Positions 25,606-27,630 of a stretch of DNA of 27,630 bases are shown piece by piece. The stretch is from a virus, in the UHGV virus genome UHGV-1949486; one strand, written 5' to 3'. Made by a program: the position numbers and the translations under genes. The notes beneath the pieces are model-generated. The model searched no databases and was not told the origin of the DNA. It saw only the letters and a program-made list of their open reading frames with translations. The first letter of the stretch is position 1, and every line of letters starts with the position of its first letter.

Positions 25606-26238
25606 ATGTTTGACGTTTCGTTGTTAAATCTGCCATGGGCAACACTGGTGACCCTGACCAGTGGCTATATTGGGTATTTTATTGCGAATGTGGGACTGAA
25701 GGATCACCACAAGCCCATTGAGGTGACTTTTTCTTCGCTGATTTTTGGCCTGACAGCAATGATGGCTTACCAGGCTGTTATGTGGGCAGGTCTGAATGCC
25801 TGGCTGGCAACACCACCAGCACTTCTGTGTGCCGTTACATGCGGTGCGTGGTGGCGCAGGTACGGTCGCAAATGGATGTACAGATTACTGTGGAATAATG
25901 ATGTTTCATGGTCTGACGATACCAGCTCAGCATGGCAGGCAATGTTTGATCAAACAGGCTTCAGCGTTACCGAGGTCAGAGTGATTCTTCGCGATGGTTC
26001 CGGTATGATGTCACGGCTGCCAGGGAACTTTGAAGAGTGGCCTAACGGTCCGTTTACCCTGGGGAATAAAGGCGATATGGTTCTTTACGTCACGCACAGC
26101 AGCCCTTCAGGCAGTAACGAATGGGAAGAGTATAAAGGCGTGGTTGATAAGTACTGGGGAGCTCTGGCAACCTATATTCCAGCAGATCAGATTGCCAGAG
26201 TGGAGATCAGGCGCGTTCGTGCAACGAACGATGAATGA
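25606..26238 (+). CDS. Membrane protein of unknown function; terminal moron-like accessory gene
   Basis: Start moved to ATG 25606 (GGGAG Shine-Dalgarno) because the ORF-track start 25528 would translate through the terminator hairpin; about 210 aa with two to three N-terminal hydrophobic helices and a soluble C-terminal domain; lies between the terminator and the prophage end. Confidence 0.55.
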   Translation: MFDVSLLNLPWATLVTLTSGYIGYFIANVGLKDHHKPIEVTFSSLIFGLTAMMAYQAVMWAGLNAWLATPPALLCAVTCGAWWRRYGRKWMYRLLWNNDVSWSDDTSSAWQAMFDQTGFSVTEVRVILRDGSGMMSRLPGNFEEWPNGPFTLGNKGDMVLYVTHSSPSGSNEWEEYKGVVDKYWGALATYIPADQIARVEIRRVRATNDE

Positions 26239-26556
26239 TGTTTATTTTTTCCCTGGGGCAGGGGCTGCCGGCATAGTGGTTTTATTGGCAGAGGAAGACG
26301 ATTCTCCTTTTCTACCGGAATCGCGCTCGAACGTCACGATGTGCTTGCTTTTGGGCTTTTCTGAGTAATCCAGGCTATCATGCTTATTGTTTTGAGTAGT
26401 CATTGGAATCATCCTTTTTGTTGCGGGTCATGTTTCAGCAAACTCGATTCTAAGTTGCCAGGAAGGATGATTTCAATGCCCGACTTATCTATCGTATAGC
26501 GGAAAAGAATTTCAGTTCTGTTCACCAGAACCCATGTTAACCCACTCCAATTCGTT

Positions 26557-26589
26557 ATTTATCTCACGGATCCCCCTTCATTTATCTCA
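26557..26589 (-). repeat. Prophage terminus: two direct copies of a 10-bp motif (TGAGATAAAT on the minus strand) 23 bp apart; candidate transposase-binding end sites; element ends in CA at 26589
   Basis: ATTTATCTCA read at 26557-26566 and 26580-26589; from the end inward the sequence begins 5-prime TG like Mu ends; the host-like permease frame continues from 26590. Confidence 0.5.
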
Positions 26590-26664
26590 TGTCTGATCAC
26601 CTTTGCACCGAAATCCTGGCCTGCTGCTATCGACTGGCACACCATCATCACCTTAAGCGGCCTG

Positions 26665-27630
26665 ATGCTGCTGACCAAAGGTGTCGAGTTAAGCGGTTAT
26701 TTTGATGTGCTGGGGCGCAAAATGGTGCGCCGTTTTGCTACGGAGCGTCGGCTGGCGATGTTTATGGTACTGGCGGCAGCGCTGCTTTCTACCTTTCTGA
26801 CCAACGATGTCGCACTGTTTATAGTTGTTCCGCTGACTATCACGCTAAAAAGACTGTGTGAGATTCCGGTTAATCGGCTGATTATTTTTGAGGCGCTGGC
26901 AGTCAACGCTGGTTCGCTACTGACGCCAATTGGCAACCCGCAAAATATTCTTATCTGGGGACGTTCTGGTCTTTCGTTTGCCGGATTTATTGCCCAAATG
27001 GCACCGCTGGCTGGCGCAATGATGCTGACACTCCTGCTGTTGTGCTGGTGTTGTTTCCCTGGAAAGGCGCTGCAATACCATACGGGGGTGCAAACGCCGG
27101 AGTGGAAACCGCGGCTGGTGTGGAGTTGTCTGGGGCTGTATATCGTCTTTCTGACGGCGCTGGAGTTAAAACAAGAGCTGTGGGGACTGGTGATTGTGGC
27201 GGCGGGCTTTGCGCTGCTGGCGCGTCGTGTGGTGCTCAGTGTGGACTGGACGCTGCTGCTGGTGTTTATGGCGATGTTTATCGACGTCCATTTACTAACC
27301 CAACTGCCAGTTTTGCAGGGGGTGTTAAGTAACGTGAGTCATTTATCCGAACCCGGATTATGGTTAACGGCGATCGGTTTATCGCAGGTGATCAGTAACG
27401 TGCCGAGTACCATTTTGCTGCTCAATTATGTGCCACCGTCTTTATTACTGGCATGGGCGGTAAACGTGGGGGGCTTTGGTTTATTACCCGGATCGCTGGC
27501 AAATTTGATTGCGTTACGGATGGCGAACGATCGCCGTATCTGGTGGCGTTTTCATCTTTATTCGATACCGATGCTGTTGTGGGCGGCGCTGGTGGGATAT
27601 GTTTTGTTGGTTATGATCCCGGCGGGATAA
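26665..27630 (+). CDS. ArsB/NhaD-superfamily inner-membrane permease (YbiR-like), host gene; probably 5-prime truncated by the prophage insertion
   Basis: 321-aa ORF made of successive hydrophobic helices; different base composition from the prophage; same frame stays open upstream to about 26500 with no start codon, encoding ...FAPKSWPAAIDWHTIITLSGLMLLTKG; family assignment from memory. Confidence 0.6.
   Translation: MLLTKGVELSGYFDVLGRKMVRRFATERRLAMFMVLAAALLSTFLTNDVALFIVVPLTITLKRLCEIPVNRLIIFEALAVNAGSLLTPIGNPQNILIWGRSGLSFAGFIAQMAPLAGAMMLTLLLLCWCCFPGKALQYHTGVQTPEWKPRLVWSCLGLYIVFLTALELKQELWGLVIVAAGFALLARRVVLSVDWTLLLVFMAMFIDVHLLTQLPVLQGVLSNVSHLSEPGLWLTAIGLSQVISNVPSTILLLNYVPPSLLLAWAVNVGGFGLLPGSLANLIALRMANDRRIWWRFHLYSIPMLLWAALVGYVLLVMIPAG

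Larger units (their letters stand above)
1..26589. mobile_element. Partial transposable (Mu-like) prophage: late structural and lysis arm on minus strand, accessory island, early transposition arm on plus strand; far end lies beyond window position 1
   Basis: Mu-order late genes (gp27-like, terminase, portal, F, G, I, T, gp36, gp37, sheath, tube) plus Ner, DDE transposase, ATPase, Gam, GemA and Mor homologs recognised from translations; terminal repeats ending in CA at about 26589; host-like permease frame continues from the junction. Confidence 0.8.

Noticed and set aside
26239-26600. Tyrosine-integrase attachment site at the prophage/host junction
   Set aside because: No integrase gene and no tRNA-like target; the element encodes a DDE transposase and ATPase, so the junction is interpreted as a transposition end
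1-27630. CRISPR array, tRNA or rRNA genes
   Set aside because: No regularly spaced direct repeats with unique spacers and no cloverleaf-like or rRNA-like stretches noticed; the only notable repeats are the paired terminal motifs and isolated hairpins

Overview
Most of this window (1 to about 26589) is one arm of a transposable, Mu-like prophage; the last ~1 kb is a host permease gene that the prophage appears to have truncated. Calls are from reading the six-frame translations and the DNA by eye; no searches or computations were run.

Layout:
- 1-13449, minus strand: late operon in Mu gene order (holin-like protein, signal-peptide lytic transglycosylase, i-spanin with embedded lipoprotein o-spanin, terminase small and large subunits, portal, F, G, I, major capsid, gp36/gp37-like, tail sheath, tail tube, tail chaperone-like).
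- 13697-14467, plus strand: Dam-class N6-adenine methyltransferase (DPPYW motif).
- 14457-17150, minus strand: an AT-rich island holding an XRE-type repressor followed co-directionally by a YejK/NdpA-family protein and a C-terminally membrane-anchored 401-aa protein. This is the most interesting candidate system, arranged like lambda cI-rexA-rexB.
- 17239-25491, plus strand: early operon (Ner-like, two unknown proteins, DDE transposase, Walker-A transposition ATPase, Gam, several small unknowns including a MazG-like protein, GemA-like, Mor), closed by a clean intrinsic terminator.
- 25606-26238: a terminal membrane-protein moron, then ~350 bp of non-coding end sequence with two TGAGATAAAT terminal repeats.
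- 26665-27630: ArsB/NhaD-type permease whose reading frame stays open upstream to the prophage junction.

The late and early arms are transcribed divergently, unlike canonical Mu and reminiscent of BcepMu-like phages. The other prophage end lies beyond position 1. No tRNA, rRNA or CRISPR array was seen.
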